A stretch of DNA of 63,928 bases, counting the filler, from Licmophora abbreviata (taxonomy: Eukaryota), in NCBI GenBank assembly GCA_900291995.1. It is 11 parts of 11 records of this genome, joined end to end, with 100 filler letters (N's around TTAATTAATTAA, not from the genome) between each part and the next. Parts side by side here need not be neighbours in the genome. Positions count along the whole stretch, not along the records: positions 1 to 4,236 come from OLMU01000510.1; positions 4,337 to 6,980 come from OLMU01000511.1; positions 7,081 to 9,245 come from OLMU01000512.1; positions 9,346 to 18,928 come from OLMU01000513.1; 7 more parts are not named here. One strand, written 5' to 3'. The translations under genes and the position numbers were made by a program. This document shows, piece by piece, positions 1-10,531 of this stretch; positions within the stretch are counted from its first letter, which is position 1; each line of letters starts with the position of its first letter. The notes under the pieces were generated by a model that had not been told where the DNA came from, made no database searches, and worked only from the letters and a program-made list of their open reading frames with translations.

Positions 1-1162
1 GTTTGCTGCAATAAGCAAAGGAGTCTCTCTCCATTTGTTACACGCGTTTCCATCAGCACCACGCTCAAGCAGCAACTTCAAGACATCTAAGGACCCAGGA
101 ATTGCGCTTGACGAGCATGCCGTATGCAGTGGAGTGTACAAGTCATCCTTGAACTGGCAATTGACAGTCGCTCCATGAGCCAAACACATCTTTACAGCCT
201 CCGGTTTTCCTTCTTCCACTGCACACTTTAAATAAAGCTCAGCATCGTCCGCATCAATGCTCACAGACGAGGACTTCACGGTAACAGAGGCTCTGACAGT
301 GAGACGGTCGTACGCGACGAAGCCTTCCTGCTGGATACGGTCTGAAGTGATGAACTGTGACCACCCCCAATCAATTGCCTTCGGGCATAGCTTGAACATT
401 TTGTCAGGGTTCCGTTTTGCATATCCGAGATTCGTTTTTGTAGGGTGCTCCAATGTCAAAACGTAGCTCACTTGCTTCTTCCATCCGAATGGCAGATCGT
501 CAGCATCCGCAACCTTTCGCGCGAGCGTATAAGAACACAAATTAGCTGCGCTCGTCGAATGGAACATATGACAAGCCCGAGGGAAACACAAGCTTCTAGT
601 GTCGTACCTGAAGAAACAAGCTCAAGTGATGATTGCTTGCTCGTCCGTTGCCATTCACATAGATAATAAGGCGCCAGCGATTTCCAAATTCATCCAACAT
701 CGTGTCTGAGTACTCCGCCTTCTTGCACCCTGACTCGCGCTTCTCCGAGTAGTTCATAATGGTATGAGTGAACTCACACGTCGTCTGTTGTTCCTGCGGC
801 TTCCAAACAATGTCGTCGGGTGAAAAAGCTTGATCAGATCCCGGGTCGCCATCCTGTATAACGGCGGGCAAACTCTTCAATGCGAGCAACCTCCCCTTTT
901 CATCTCTCCGCCAAGCGGGCATAAAATGCTCTCGTTTCGTATCGTCTTGACTCGTTGAGGATGAGTCCATGCCTAGCTCCGCCAGGGACCCCGTGGGACG
1001 AAAATCCTCGTCGTCGTCCGTGTGGCGCTGATCCGGCGAACTCTGGTGATCGCGTTCCGCGTCGTCCAAGTCGGCCTCCGATCCGAGAGATTCGCCGTCG
1101 TCGTCGTATTCCTCATTGAGAGGCACGTTCTGGCGCTCACTTCCTCCGGAACGCCAGCGCAT
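1..1162 (-). CDS. MATH (TRAF-like) domain + ankyrin-repeat protein, 3' end outside window
   Basis: ATG at 1162. MATH motifs WRLIIYVNGN..HLSLFLQ, then intron 514-607 (GTACGA..AAG), then VADADDLPFGW..DWGWSQFI. Ankyrin repeats follow (YTPLHTAC, LLLERGADGNACNKWRETPLLIAA) and run off the window edge. Confidence 0.85.
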
Positions 1163-2056
1163 GGTTGTTCTATAATTGATCGAGCGTAAACACTTGAAGC
1201 CGTCAGCCAGAACGAAATGTAAGTGGCTCGCGCGCGGTTCTCTATCGTATGTCAATTCAAGTGATGAAGCCGCAGAAGAATACAGATACACAACAAACAA
1301 AATAGCAAAGATAAGTGTAAGCGGCAAGAGACGTCAAGATCACAAAGAGATGGCACTGTAACGAGTCATTCCCATCGTACACCCCGTCGGGGGATCAACA
1401 CGGACCACGTGGACGGAGATCTATCGACGGCCAGACGTCCCGTAGAGGTGCGTACAACCCGGTACAAGAATCCGTAGTCAGGAGATGCCAGGATGGTCCT
1501 TGTTCGCCTAACTATCGATCGCCGGTTCTCCGCAAGGACACCTCAAAATGACCCCATTTTCAATATCAACAGCCCTCATACACTCCATGACACGTGGTTT
1601 AGCTTGGATCCACACTTCACCCACAAAAATTAGAGAATTTACGCCTCCATCGCCGCCTTACCTTGGTTTTGCGCTTGGGTGGCAAAGCACAGAAAAAAGT
1701 TGGGGCCATTGGTCAATCTCACGCCAGAAATTTAAGGCCTATCACAAGTGCGTAGAAAATATACTGACTTCTACGGACATCGCTGCATTTAGAAGTGAAC
1801 GTCAGTCCGTCGCTCAACCGGGAGCCTCTCGCGCAATCACTGCGCGTTTTGGCTCGTGCTGAGGCATGAGAGACGCCGCCGACTGAAGTGCGGCGCGTTG
1901 TGGCGGCAGCGGTATCTCATCAGTGTGCTGTGTGCGGTGTGTGGTTCCTACAGCATTGGCGTTCGACTCATTGATTGTTTCGGGGGCAGCGGTGCACATG
2001 CTACGGTCGCATTAGGACTGGGTCAACGTTAGCGAATAAGTCAGAAAGCTTGGAAC

Positions 2057-3262
2057 ATGAACGATCGTCTCGGTGAACTCCCATCCTGGGCCACTGAGCC
2101 AGACGACGACAAGCCCTCGTCTGGCGACGGCGGCGACATTGAAATGGGAGCGGTACAAGAGGAGCAACCTTCGTATATGACTCATTTCTTTCGAGAAGTC
2201 GAGACCATCAAGGAGGACATCGAAGCTGTCAAGAGTGCCGCGGCACAAATAACCAAAATCAATGAGGAAGCCATTCGAGCGACGACGACGGAAAAGGAGA
2301 ACGCCCTAAGTAAAAAGCTCAAGCCGCTCGTTGAAAAGACCAACAAACGAGCTAAGCGGACCAAGAAGATGCTGGAACTCTTAAAGGAAGAAACGCTGAA
2401 ATTGAAAGCCGAAAAGAAAGCCAAAGAGAGTGACACTCGGTGAGTAGATTAGTATCGTCCATGGTGCCTTTTTCTTTTTTACAGACGTCTAACGACTTGT
2501 GTCTCCTATCGCTTACAGAGTCAGAGAGAACATGTGCAACACGCTCACTCGCAAGTTCATTGATGAAATGAAGCTCTACCAAGCTGCCCAGCAAAAGTAC
2601 AAGACAGATATTCAATCAAAGGTCAAGCGTCAAGTCCAAATTGTCAAGCCCGATGCAACCGATGAAGAAGTGGATGAAATCATGAAGAGCGAGGGTGGGA
2701 GAGACGCACTCTACAAGGAACAGATATTGGCGGGTGGTGTCAATGACCAAATCTCGTAAGTTTCAATAGCTCTTGTATCGAATCGCGTCGTCATTGGCTT
2801 CACGACGAGACGTGATGGATATGCGGCTCACATGGACCGTCACGCTCGTTTCTTTTATTGCAGATCGACCTATGCCAAGGTTGCTGGAAAGTATCAAGAT
2901 GTCAAGACACTTGAACAGAGTGTGCAGGAGTTGCACCAGATGTTCCTGGACTTTGCGCTTCTGACGGAGCAACAAGGCGAACTACTTGATCAAATTGAAT
3001 ACCAAGTCAAGAGCGCCGCCGACTATGTCGAGGATGCTAATGTCGATGTGTACGAGGCAATCGAGTATCAAAAGAAGATTCGAAAGAAGCAATGGTAAGC
3101 ACTTTTCTAAGTCTCGTCGTCGCACTTTTTAAATCTTGCCTCTCTCTTTTCTTCCGAACTCACTTCTCAATATCCGTCGCCACGATCCACTGCAGCTGCA
3201 TCATGATTATCGTTATCATCCTCGTAATTGTCATTCTGTTTGCACTCAGAATCATTCCATAG
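2057..3262 (+). CDS. STX: Syntaxin (Qa-SNARE, syntaxin-1/SYP1-like)
   Basis: Habc region, SNARE motif LEQSVQELHQMFLDFALLTEQQGELLDQIE, C-terminal TM CCIMIIVIILVIVILFAL. Introns 2440-2518, 2756-2863 and 3095-3195 restore one frame. Confidence 0.93.
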
Positions 3263-3358
3263 AGGTCGGGATTGGTGTTTGTCGGTAATCGTCGTTTTGG
3301 AGCGACGTATCCTTGGCGAAAGTTTACTACTTGGTACAAAGATTGCGTAGCGATTGGT

Positions 3359-4204
3359 CTATTCGTTCTTGATGTTAAAGTGGTTCACTAGTATTTTCGT
3401 AGGCGCCACAGTCTCGTTCAGTGTATCGTTCTTTTGCCGAGTGAAAGACACGACGAGGGGAGAATCTGACTCGTCTTGTCTACCCACATCAGCGTTCTCG
3501 TGACTGTGTCCCCAGTAATCGGCTGCGTCGAGTGCGACAAGGCAGCTTTCGCGAACAACAACGTTGTCGTCGTTACTGAACTCCCGAAGAATCGCTTCCA
3601 CTTCAGCCCATCTACCGTCGATAGCCCCTAGGGCTTCCGCACTTTCGTGGCGAACCATTTCGTGTTCGCCTCGTCGACGCAAACTTTCCGCGAGTGCTTC
3701 CACAGATGCCGGGTGCTGCATTTGTCCTAGCACGTAAGCAACTTCATGACGCAGAAGCGCGGAGCTCTCATCTTCGATCAGAACTCGGCATAGCTGTCGT
3801 ACTGATTCATCGCCACCACGATTACGTAACGAGAACATGGCACGATACCGCTCAAAGATCGGTGAATTCGAATTGCACAAGATATCTCCTAACGCTTCGC
3901 TCGTCTTGGACTCATGAGCGGGGTGCGGAGGTGCTGGATCGACAGAAGAATAGGGATTAAGCATACAAGCACAGGCAGCAGGCTCATCAACCGGATCGCC
4001 ACCCTCTTTCCTCCATTGCATGACGTTGAGTGCAAGCCGACAAGTGTCTGATAGTTCTGGTCGGTCGGGGTACCGGGCCATGACAGACTCAAGTGTCGTT
4101 CGTGATCGCTCTGCTCCGATTGCCCCGATAGCTTCGGCGGCCTCATGCCTAACCATCATACAATCCGAATCGTCCTCAAGGATGCCCTCCAATCTATCGC
4201 AGCA
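3359..4204 (-). CDS. DOHH: Deoxyhypusine hydroxylase, 5' part lost in or beyond gap
   Basis: HEAT-repeat His-Glu motifs VRHEAAEAIGAIG, LRHEVAYVLGQMQ, VRHESAEALGAI; also SVDPAPP and FERYRAMFSLRN. Splice acceptor at 4205. Confidence 0.92.
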   Translation of the reverse strand, partial: CCDRLEGILEDDSDCMMVRHEAAEAIGAIGAERSRTTLESVMARYPDRPELSDTCRLALNVMQWRKEGGDPVDEPAACACMLNPYSSVDPAPPHPAHESKTSEALGDILCNSNSPIFERYRAMFSLRNRGGDESVRQLCRVLIEDESSALLRHEVAYVLGQMQHPASVEALAESLRRRGEHEMVRHESAEALGAIDGRWAEVEAILREFSNDDNVVVRESCLVALDAADYWGHSHENADVGRQDESDSPLVVSFTRQKNDTLNETVAPTKILVNHFNIKNE

Positions 4205-4236
4205 CTGTGTGATCCAAAATAGACAATGAGCGTGTG

Positions 4237-4336
4237 NNNNNNNNNNNNNNNNNNNNNNNNNNNNNNNNNNNNNNNNNNNNTTAATTAATTAANNNNNNNN
4301 NNNNNNNNNNNNNNNNNNNNNNNNNNNNNNNNNNNN
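4237..4336. other. Artificial assembly gap (N44-TTAATTAATTAA-N44). Identical gaps at 6981-7080, 9246-9345, 18929-19028, 30555-30654, 42161-42260, 44927-45026, 48731-48830, 52606-52705 and 59717-59816
   Basis: All ten gaps are exactly 100 nt with the same stop-codon linker in the centre. Confidence 0.98.
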
Positions 4337-4510
4337 AAAAGTGTGATGCTGTGCGGCCATGAAGCGCTGATGCGTCTGTACACCAGTCATCGCAGACCTT
4401 GCGTCGCGAGCTGCCATAGTTTATATTACGACGGACGAGACCTCCATTCGTCTTTAATGTTAATGAACTCAATGTTTTCAGGAGACTTCCAATTCCATTG
4501 TGTTGATCTG

Positions 4511-5399
4511 CTATAGTTCCGCCTGTTTGACGAGAGGAATTAGGACCCGAATCAAGTCGACCTCTATGTCAACACTATTCTTCTGATGAAATTTGTACGT
4601 GTTTGGGATATCGAACCTCATCTGAGCAGCCACGCTCGCTTCCATGCCCCACTCATCTCGAATCTTTCGTATAAGATAGTCACGTGTCGACGTCTTATGG
4701 AAAGAGTACACAGCTCGCCTAGCCAAGCGAGTCGCGGCTCGTAAGAACTGAACGTCAATACCTGCGTTGTGCTTGGTTCCGAACGGGGGATTCGTTAGAA
4801 CAGTATCGACACACTTCATCGCTAGTTGAATGCCATCATCTCTATTGTCCATAGCAGAGATTGAGGCTGGTTCTGGTATCCGCGGCTCGTGTCGCTGGGA
4901 GCCTCCGCGTCCTCGTCCGCGTCGGCCTCTATCTCTTGATCTTCTAGTCGGCGGTGACGATCCACTCCACTTAACCTTTCCCAACACAAAATCGACGCGC
5001 TCTTCGAGTTCCAGCTCCTCAATGTTGCTTTTCGCTACCGAGACGGCCCCTTCGTCACAATCCAGACCAATCACCTGATCACATTCGACAAGGGCACACC
5101 CCGCAGTCAACATGCCTGTACCACAACCAAGGTCGAGCGCCGTTCTACCAGGCCCTAAGTCGTCGTTGTTTACTGCCATGAGAATAATTGAAGCTGTCAG
5201 CTCAGCGCTCGTGGGATACTGTTCCAGCGATATCTGTCGAGCGTGTAAGCACAACGCGAAAAAAGTATTGGCACCGTCATTCTTCTCGTCGCTACGACAT
5301 GGAAGTCAAATATACTCATCGTGTCTTCGGGCTTACATTTGGATCTGGAAACTCTCTCTGGATCGACGACAAGGCAGATTCGAGGTGTTTGCGCTTCAT
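4511..5399 (-). CDS. METTL5: 18S rRNA N6-adenosine methyltransferase METTL5
   Basis: Exon 1 MKRKHLESALSSIQREFPDPN, intron 5234-5336 (GTAAGC..CAG), then ISLEQYPT, LDLGCGTGML, NPPFGTK, YSFHKTSTR, DIEVD. Confidence 0.92.
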
Positions 5400-5821
5400 G
5401 ATGTCGGAGCGAGGGGTACGGCTGCTGCTGAATTGTGTTGACGATGCTTCTTAGACTCTATGCCATCGAACCACGGGGTATTCTAAATGAGATGAAAGTG
5501 TTTCTTTTGCCGCAGAGAAGCGACGCGCGCTTTTTTCGGAGGAAGTCTCGGAGCCAGTCGAATGAGTCGAATCATTCACACAATAAGGCGGGCGGTGGGG
5601 TGCGTCATGATCATCGCAATCACATAAGGTAGCAATCGACTTGAGGTGCATACGATCGTGGCTAGCATCGACTAAGCAACCGGCTGCTGAACAAGACGAA
5701 AGTTGATATTGCGTCAATAGATCCGTAACATTCTACGTATCAACGCATGTCGGGTAAGGCTAACCTAGAGGTAAGAATTATCTACCGAGATCGTCTCGTT
5801 CCAGCAATGGAGTGAGAAGAT

Positions 5822-6421
5822 TTAGTTGGGGAAGAAGTTCTCCACGTTTCCGAGCTTGTCGTGGACCATGAGGCCCAAAAGACCCATCTGGGCGGCGCGG
5901 CCCTGGTTGAGCTCGATGGCACGCTTGGAAAGCTTGGTCTCCTCGTCAAAGGAGTCCCATCCGAAGTCGATGAATCCGTTACGGAAGTCACCAATGAACT
6001 CTCCGTCTCCCTGGACATCCTTCATGACGGCAATTTCCAAGAAGCCAACGAAGGCAAGGACCTGGAGGGCACCGGCGACGGGGACAGCGAAGCTAGCGTC
6101 CCAGCCGTAGCCAAGGTCGGAGAACTTGGTTCCGGAGTAGTCGATGTTTCCAGGAAGGTAGATTCCGGCGGCGTTGACCAAGTATCCGACAACTCCAAGC
6201 ATACAGATACGTCCGTGCTTGAGCTCGACGAATCGGAGGCGGTCGAACTTCTCCTGGTCACCGTCAGCCATGAGGTTGAGGGGATCGAAGAATCCAAGCG
6301 GGGGCTGGGCACCGAGCTCGTCCTCGAAGCTCATCTGCAAGGAGGAGGAACGGACGGTGCTCTTGGAGGGAGCAAAGGCGGCGGCGCCGGCAATAAGGGA
6401 GGCAACAAGGGCGAGCTTCAT
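5822..6421 (-). CDS. LHCF: Fucoxanthin-chlorophyll a/c binding protein (Lhcf type), copy A, 199 aa
   Basis: Signal peptide with AAA-FAP motif; ELGAQPPLGFFDPL, ELKHGRICML, ELNQGRAAQMG. True start is MKLAL at 6421, not the 6793 start in the ORF track. Confidence 0.97.
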   Translation of the reverse strand: MKLALVASLIAGAAAFAPSKSTVRSSSLQMSFEDELGAQPPLGFFDPLNLMADGDQEKFDRLRFVELKHGRICMLGVVGYLVNAAGIYLPGNIDYSGTKFSDLGYGWDASFAVPVAGALQVLAFVGFLEIAVMKDVQGDGEFIGDFRNGFIDFGWDSFDEETKLSKRAIELNQGRAAQMGLLGLMVHDKLGNVENFFPN

Positions 6422-6828
6422 CTTGATATCAGTGGATTCTTTGTTCAACTCGGAAAAGTGAGACCACATGCGCTTCTTTCGTTGGAACCGAATCCAATCT
6501 CGCGATCTTACGACTTCAACTTGTTGGCAATGAAAAATGGCCTGATCATCGCCCGGTTTGACGTTTTCTACTAAATAAACCATGCGAGCGTTGTGGCAGA
6601 CAGACGTTTCTTTGAAACGAGAATGGCATGTATGGTCATTGGATCTTCCAAAGGCAACGTGTGTCGTACTTGCAGTAGATCTTTCTGCTTGAGTACAAGT
6701 CAACGTAGATTCTACATACAGAGATCGATAGTGGATTTTCAACTGTAGAGTTGTTCTTCTTTTCGAATTGGGCCCCAGGACAACTGCTCTCACAATTTCA
6801 ATTCTGTTTTTTGTTGAGAATATACACG
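6422..6828. promoter_or_regulatory. Probable bidirectional promoter between the divergent Lhcf genes
   Basis: 407 nt between two head-to-head ATGs; contains TGACGT at 6559-6564. Confidence 0.6.
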
Positions 6829-7417
6829 ATGAAGCTCGCCCTTGTTGCCTCCCTTATTGCCGGCGCCGCCGCCTTTGCTCCCTCCAAGAGCACCGTCCGT
6901 TCCTCCTCTTTGCAGATGAGCTTCGAGGACGAGCTCGGTGCCCAGGCCCCGCTTGGATTCTTCGACCCCCTCGGCCTTGTNNNNNNNNNNNNNNNNNNNN
7001 NNNNNNNNNNNNNNNNNNNNNNNNTTAATTAATTAANNNNNNNNNNNNNNNNNNNNNNNNNNNNNNNNNNNNNNNNNNNNCTACCTTCCTGGTGACATCG
7101 ACTACTCCGGAACCAAGTTCTCCGACCTTGGCTACGGCTGGGACGCTAGCTTCGCTGTCCCCGTCGCCGGTGCCCTCCAGGTCCTCGCCTTCGTTGGCTT
7201 CTTGGAGCTTGCCGTCATGAAGGATATCACTGGAGGAGACTTTGTTGGTGACTTCCGTAATGACTTCATCGACTTCGGCTGGGACTCCTTTGACGAGGAG
7301 ACCAAGCTTCAGAAGCGTGCCGTCGAGCTCAACCAGGGCCGCGCCGCCCAGATGGGTCTTTTGGGCCTCATGGTCCACGACAAGCTCGGAAACGTGGAGA
7401 ACTTCTTCCCCAACTAA
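6829..7417 (+). CDS. LHCF: Fucoxanthin-chlorophyll a/c binding protein (Lhcf type), copy B, interrupted by gap 6981-7080
   Basis: MKLALVASLIAGAAAFAP before the gap; YLPGDIDYSG..ELNQGRAAQMG..NFFPN* after it. Near-identical to copy A. Confidence 0.95.
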
Positions 7418-8231
7418 ATCTTCTCACTCCATTGCTGGAACGAGACGATCTCGGTAGATAATTTTCCCCTCTATAGGATAGAATCACCCGACACTTTTGT
7501 GAACTTTTGGTTTGCTTTACATCTTGCTACCTAGAGTAGTTTCGCCTTTCAAGATTATCCTGATGATTCAAACCTCTTGCCCATCCACTTTTACTTGACC
7601 CCCTCTGTCTCGTCGTATGCTCGAATAGTCGAACTGCTAGGTAGCAATGACTTGTGTGAACTGTCTAGCTCGAGGAAGCTCTTGCGTCCAACTGACTCAC
7701 TCGAGTGCTCGGCTTTCAAGGCATACGGGCACTGAGGCACTCATCGAATGATACTCTGCCTGTCAGATTTTGTAAGGGCATCAAGGTGGACTAGGCGATC
7801 ATTGATCATTGGCCAAGCGGCAAGCTACGGAACAGCAATGAGGTGCGGCCGTCGGCTCGCCTCACCCACTCGACTCACTCGACTCGAGGACTCTTTCATT
7901 CCCTTCAGTCACGCTCGTGACCGACGGTAGAAAGAGCTACAATATACAATACCGCTCGCGTCACACACGCCGCGCCGCGCATATTCGAAAAAACCCAAAA
8001 CCCGATCAATCCTCCCCGTGTCTGCTTGCGTCGCATCGTCCTAACTGATCAATACCCCATCAATCGCTTACATCGTCATCAGATCAGGCGAAGAGCTATG
8101 ACCCCTCAATTCTCGTCTCGAGTCGCTACTGGCTCCGTCGCGAAAAAAGAACAAGTTTATTGGAGTTGACGAGAATATGTTTTAATGCTCGAACTATCTC
8201 GTTTCGCCCCTCGTCGTCGTCTACGACATGC

Positions 8232-9161
8232 ATGCCGCCTGTCACACTCTATCAATACGCCATTTGTCCATTTTGTAACAAAGCCGAGGCGCTTCTGAAC
8301 TATGCTGGTGTTTCATACGATGCGATTGAAGTCAACCCGTTGACTAAGGCGGAACTCAAACCATGGTACGTATTATCGATCCATGACCCATGACGCAGTA
8401 GTACTATCGATTCTTGTTACAGCTCGTGTTGTGTTAAACGCTCATATACCTCCAACTCCAACTGGGTATATCATAGGTCTGGTCACTATCGAAAAGTTCC
8501 GATTGCGTTGATGGGCGGCGAACAAGTGAATGGATCAAACAACATTGTAATTCAGGCCTTACAACATCCCGCCGTGGTGGCGTCACTTGATGCGAAGTGG
8601 AAGGGAGAAATGAGCATGGACGACTTTCAATTCAGTGCAGGTTCAAAAATGTGGCAATCTTTCGCCGAAAACGACCTTGCAAGTCTGTTGTATCCCAACA
8701 TTTGTCGGACCTTAGGGGATTCGTACCAGGCGTTTGGTTACGTGAACAGCGTGGCGGCGTTCGGCCCATTGCAAAAAGTCGCGATTCGTGGTCTGGGCTC
8801 TGTTGCGATGTTTATGGCTGCATCTAAGATCAAGGGTGAGTAGAGTTACGCGTCGTTCTCAGTGCCAAGGCCAGTTCGCGCTCAAAACGTCAGTCTATTA
8901 TCGTCTTCTGAAACAGCCAAACGAGGTATTGACGATGAGCAGAAGGCGCTGGACGAAGCCTTGGGGGAATGGGAGACAAAGGGATTAGGTGGTGGCAAGC
9001 TCTTTTCCTCGGGCAGCAGCATTCCTAGTCTGGGCGACATCGCAGTTTTTGGCGTGCTTCGGTCAGTTGAAGGTCTGCCAGCACACGATAGAGCTGTCGC
9101 ACAGCGAGGCGGACTCATTCCCGATTGGTACAATCGTATGAAGGAGCAGGTGGAGAGCTAG
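8232..9161 (+). CDS. PTGES2: Prostaglandin E synthase 2-like (glutaredoxin/GST fold)
   Basis: VTLYQYAICPFCNK, IEVNPLTKAELK, YRKVPI, LYPNICRT, PSLGDIAVFGVLRS, WYNRMK. Introns 8366-8476 and 8836-8916. First in-frame ATG is 8232; the true start may be 8098 if one A is missing at 8143-8148. Confidence 0.85.
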
Positions 9162-9202
9162 AGTTATAATGCTAGACTGGAGATTATTTCTTGTGTCTTC
9201 TT

Positions 9203-9388
9203 ACTAGGATTGGGATTTCTCTGCACACTAAAACAAGCTCTATAANNNNNNNNNNNNNNNNNNNNNNNNNNNNNNNNNNNNNNNNNNNNTTAATTAATTA
9301 ANNNNNNNNNNNNNNNNNNNNNNNNNNNNNNNNNNNNNNNNNNNNACTAGGATTGGGATTTCTCTGCACACTAAAACAAGCTCTATAA
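9203..9388. repeat. 43-nt exact duplication flanking a gap (contig overlap)
   Basis: ACTAGGATTGGGATTTCTCTGCACACTAAAACAAGCTCTATAA occurs at 9203-9245 and 9346-9388. Confidence 0.9.
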
Positions 9389-10226
9389 TGCACCGCCCTC
9401 GCCAAACTCTTCAATCAGTTCGTTCAGCCGCGGCTGCACCTTCTCGCGCCCCTCCTCGGTCAGTCGATCAATGTAAACTGTTCCGTCCAAGTGATCGTAT
9501 TCATGTTGAAAGATACGAGCCTCCCAACCGGTGAATTTCCGCTTTATCTTCTTGCCTTTGAGACTAAGCGCCTCAACCTGTAGAAAAAATGTAAACGAGG
9601 TTTGTGGGCAATTCCATTACTCATCGACGCAAGGCGTGCAAAATTTCACCCTTCGAAGTCACAGAAGTATTCACCTTGATCCACTTGCTACGCTGAACCT
9701 CGCCATTCATGTTGGGAAAGCTCAGACATCCCTCCGTTTCGATATCGGTACCCTCACTGAACGAAACAATTTTCGGGTTGACCATTACGACCTCGTCAAG
9801 CCATTTCGTCTTGTCTCCGTGTTCATTGTACACCATCATCCGTTTGTTGATTCCGACCTGAGGAGCCGCGAGACCTACTCCTTCCGCTGCGTACATGACG
9901 AGGAACATTTCCTTGGCAATCTTGGCAATGGAGCCATCTTTCAATTCCTCTTCGGCAATTTCGGAGTTTTGGTTTCGCAGTACAGGATCAGGATACTTGT
10001 GAATACGAAGATCTGTACCTTCCACCACGCCGGGGTCAATTTCTTCTTCCAAAGAGGCGAAGAGCCTGGAAAAGGAGCTGGTAGGTCTCAAAGGCAAACT
10101 CGAAACATACGCTCCCGTAGGACTAGCCCTTTTCAGATTTCTCCCGACTTGAAACGCCCTACTGCCACCGGCAAACAACAAAGAGAACAGGGCCATGAAG
10201 GTCGATCTCAGAGGCTCAATTTGCAT
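9383..10226 (-). CDS. PDF: Peptide deformylase, probably plastid-targeted
   Basis: Motifs GVGLAAPQVG, EGCLS and, after intron 9578-9674, QHEYDHLDG. Signal peptide ends SRA-F. Start is 10226 or 10196. Confidence 0.93.
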
Positions 10227-10531
10227 GCTACCAAAAAGATCAGAATTCAATAAAGCTGCACCCACAACAGCAGCAGTTGTTGTCTCGCTGCTAATGAGGA
10301 GGTGTGGATGTGTGGATGTGGTCGTGTTCGTCGTCGCGCTCTCTCGCGCCCGGCGGCGTGAAGCGCCATCGCAATAGACCCCCCCCCTATTTCCACGTCA
10401 GCACACTCACATCCTTACGCTTTACTACAATATCATTATTATATCATGTAGCAGCTTGAATCGCCAACGGGCCTCATAGTGCACACTCTTCGTTAACGTA
10501 CAGTCTTTCTACCGTGTGAGAGATGAACATT

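Noticed and set aside
4281..4292. TTAATTAATTAA palindrome repeated ten times, as a possible repeat array or recombination site
   Set aside because: Always centred in exactly 100-nt N blocks; it is an artificial scaffold linker.
5861..6574. 237-aa antisense ORF and other overlapping ORFs on the Lhcf genes
   Set aside because: Shadow ORFs produced by the strong codon bias of a highly expressed gene; no recognisable motifs.
6559..6706. Four ACGT cores in the Lhcf promoter as an aureochrome/bZIP site array
   Set aside because: Only one is a full TGACGT, and four 4-mers in 407 nt is close to chance.
6422..6793. 124-aa N-terminal extension of Lhcf copy A in the ORF track
   Set aside because: The paralog and the signal peptide both fix the start at 6421; the extension is promoter sequence.
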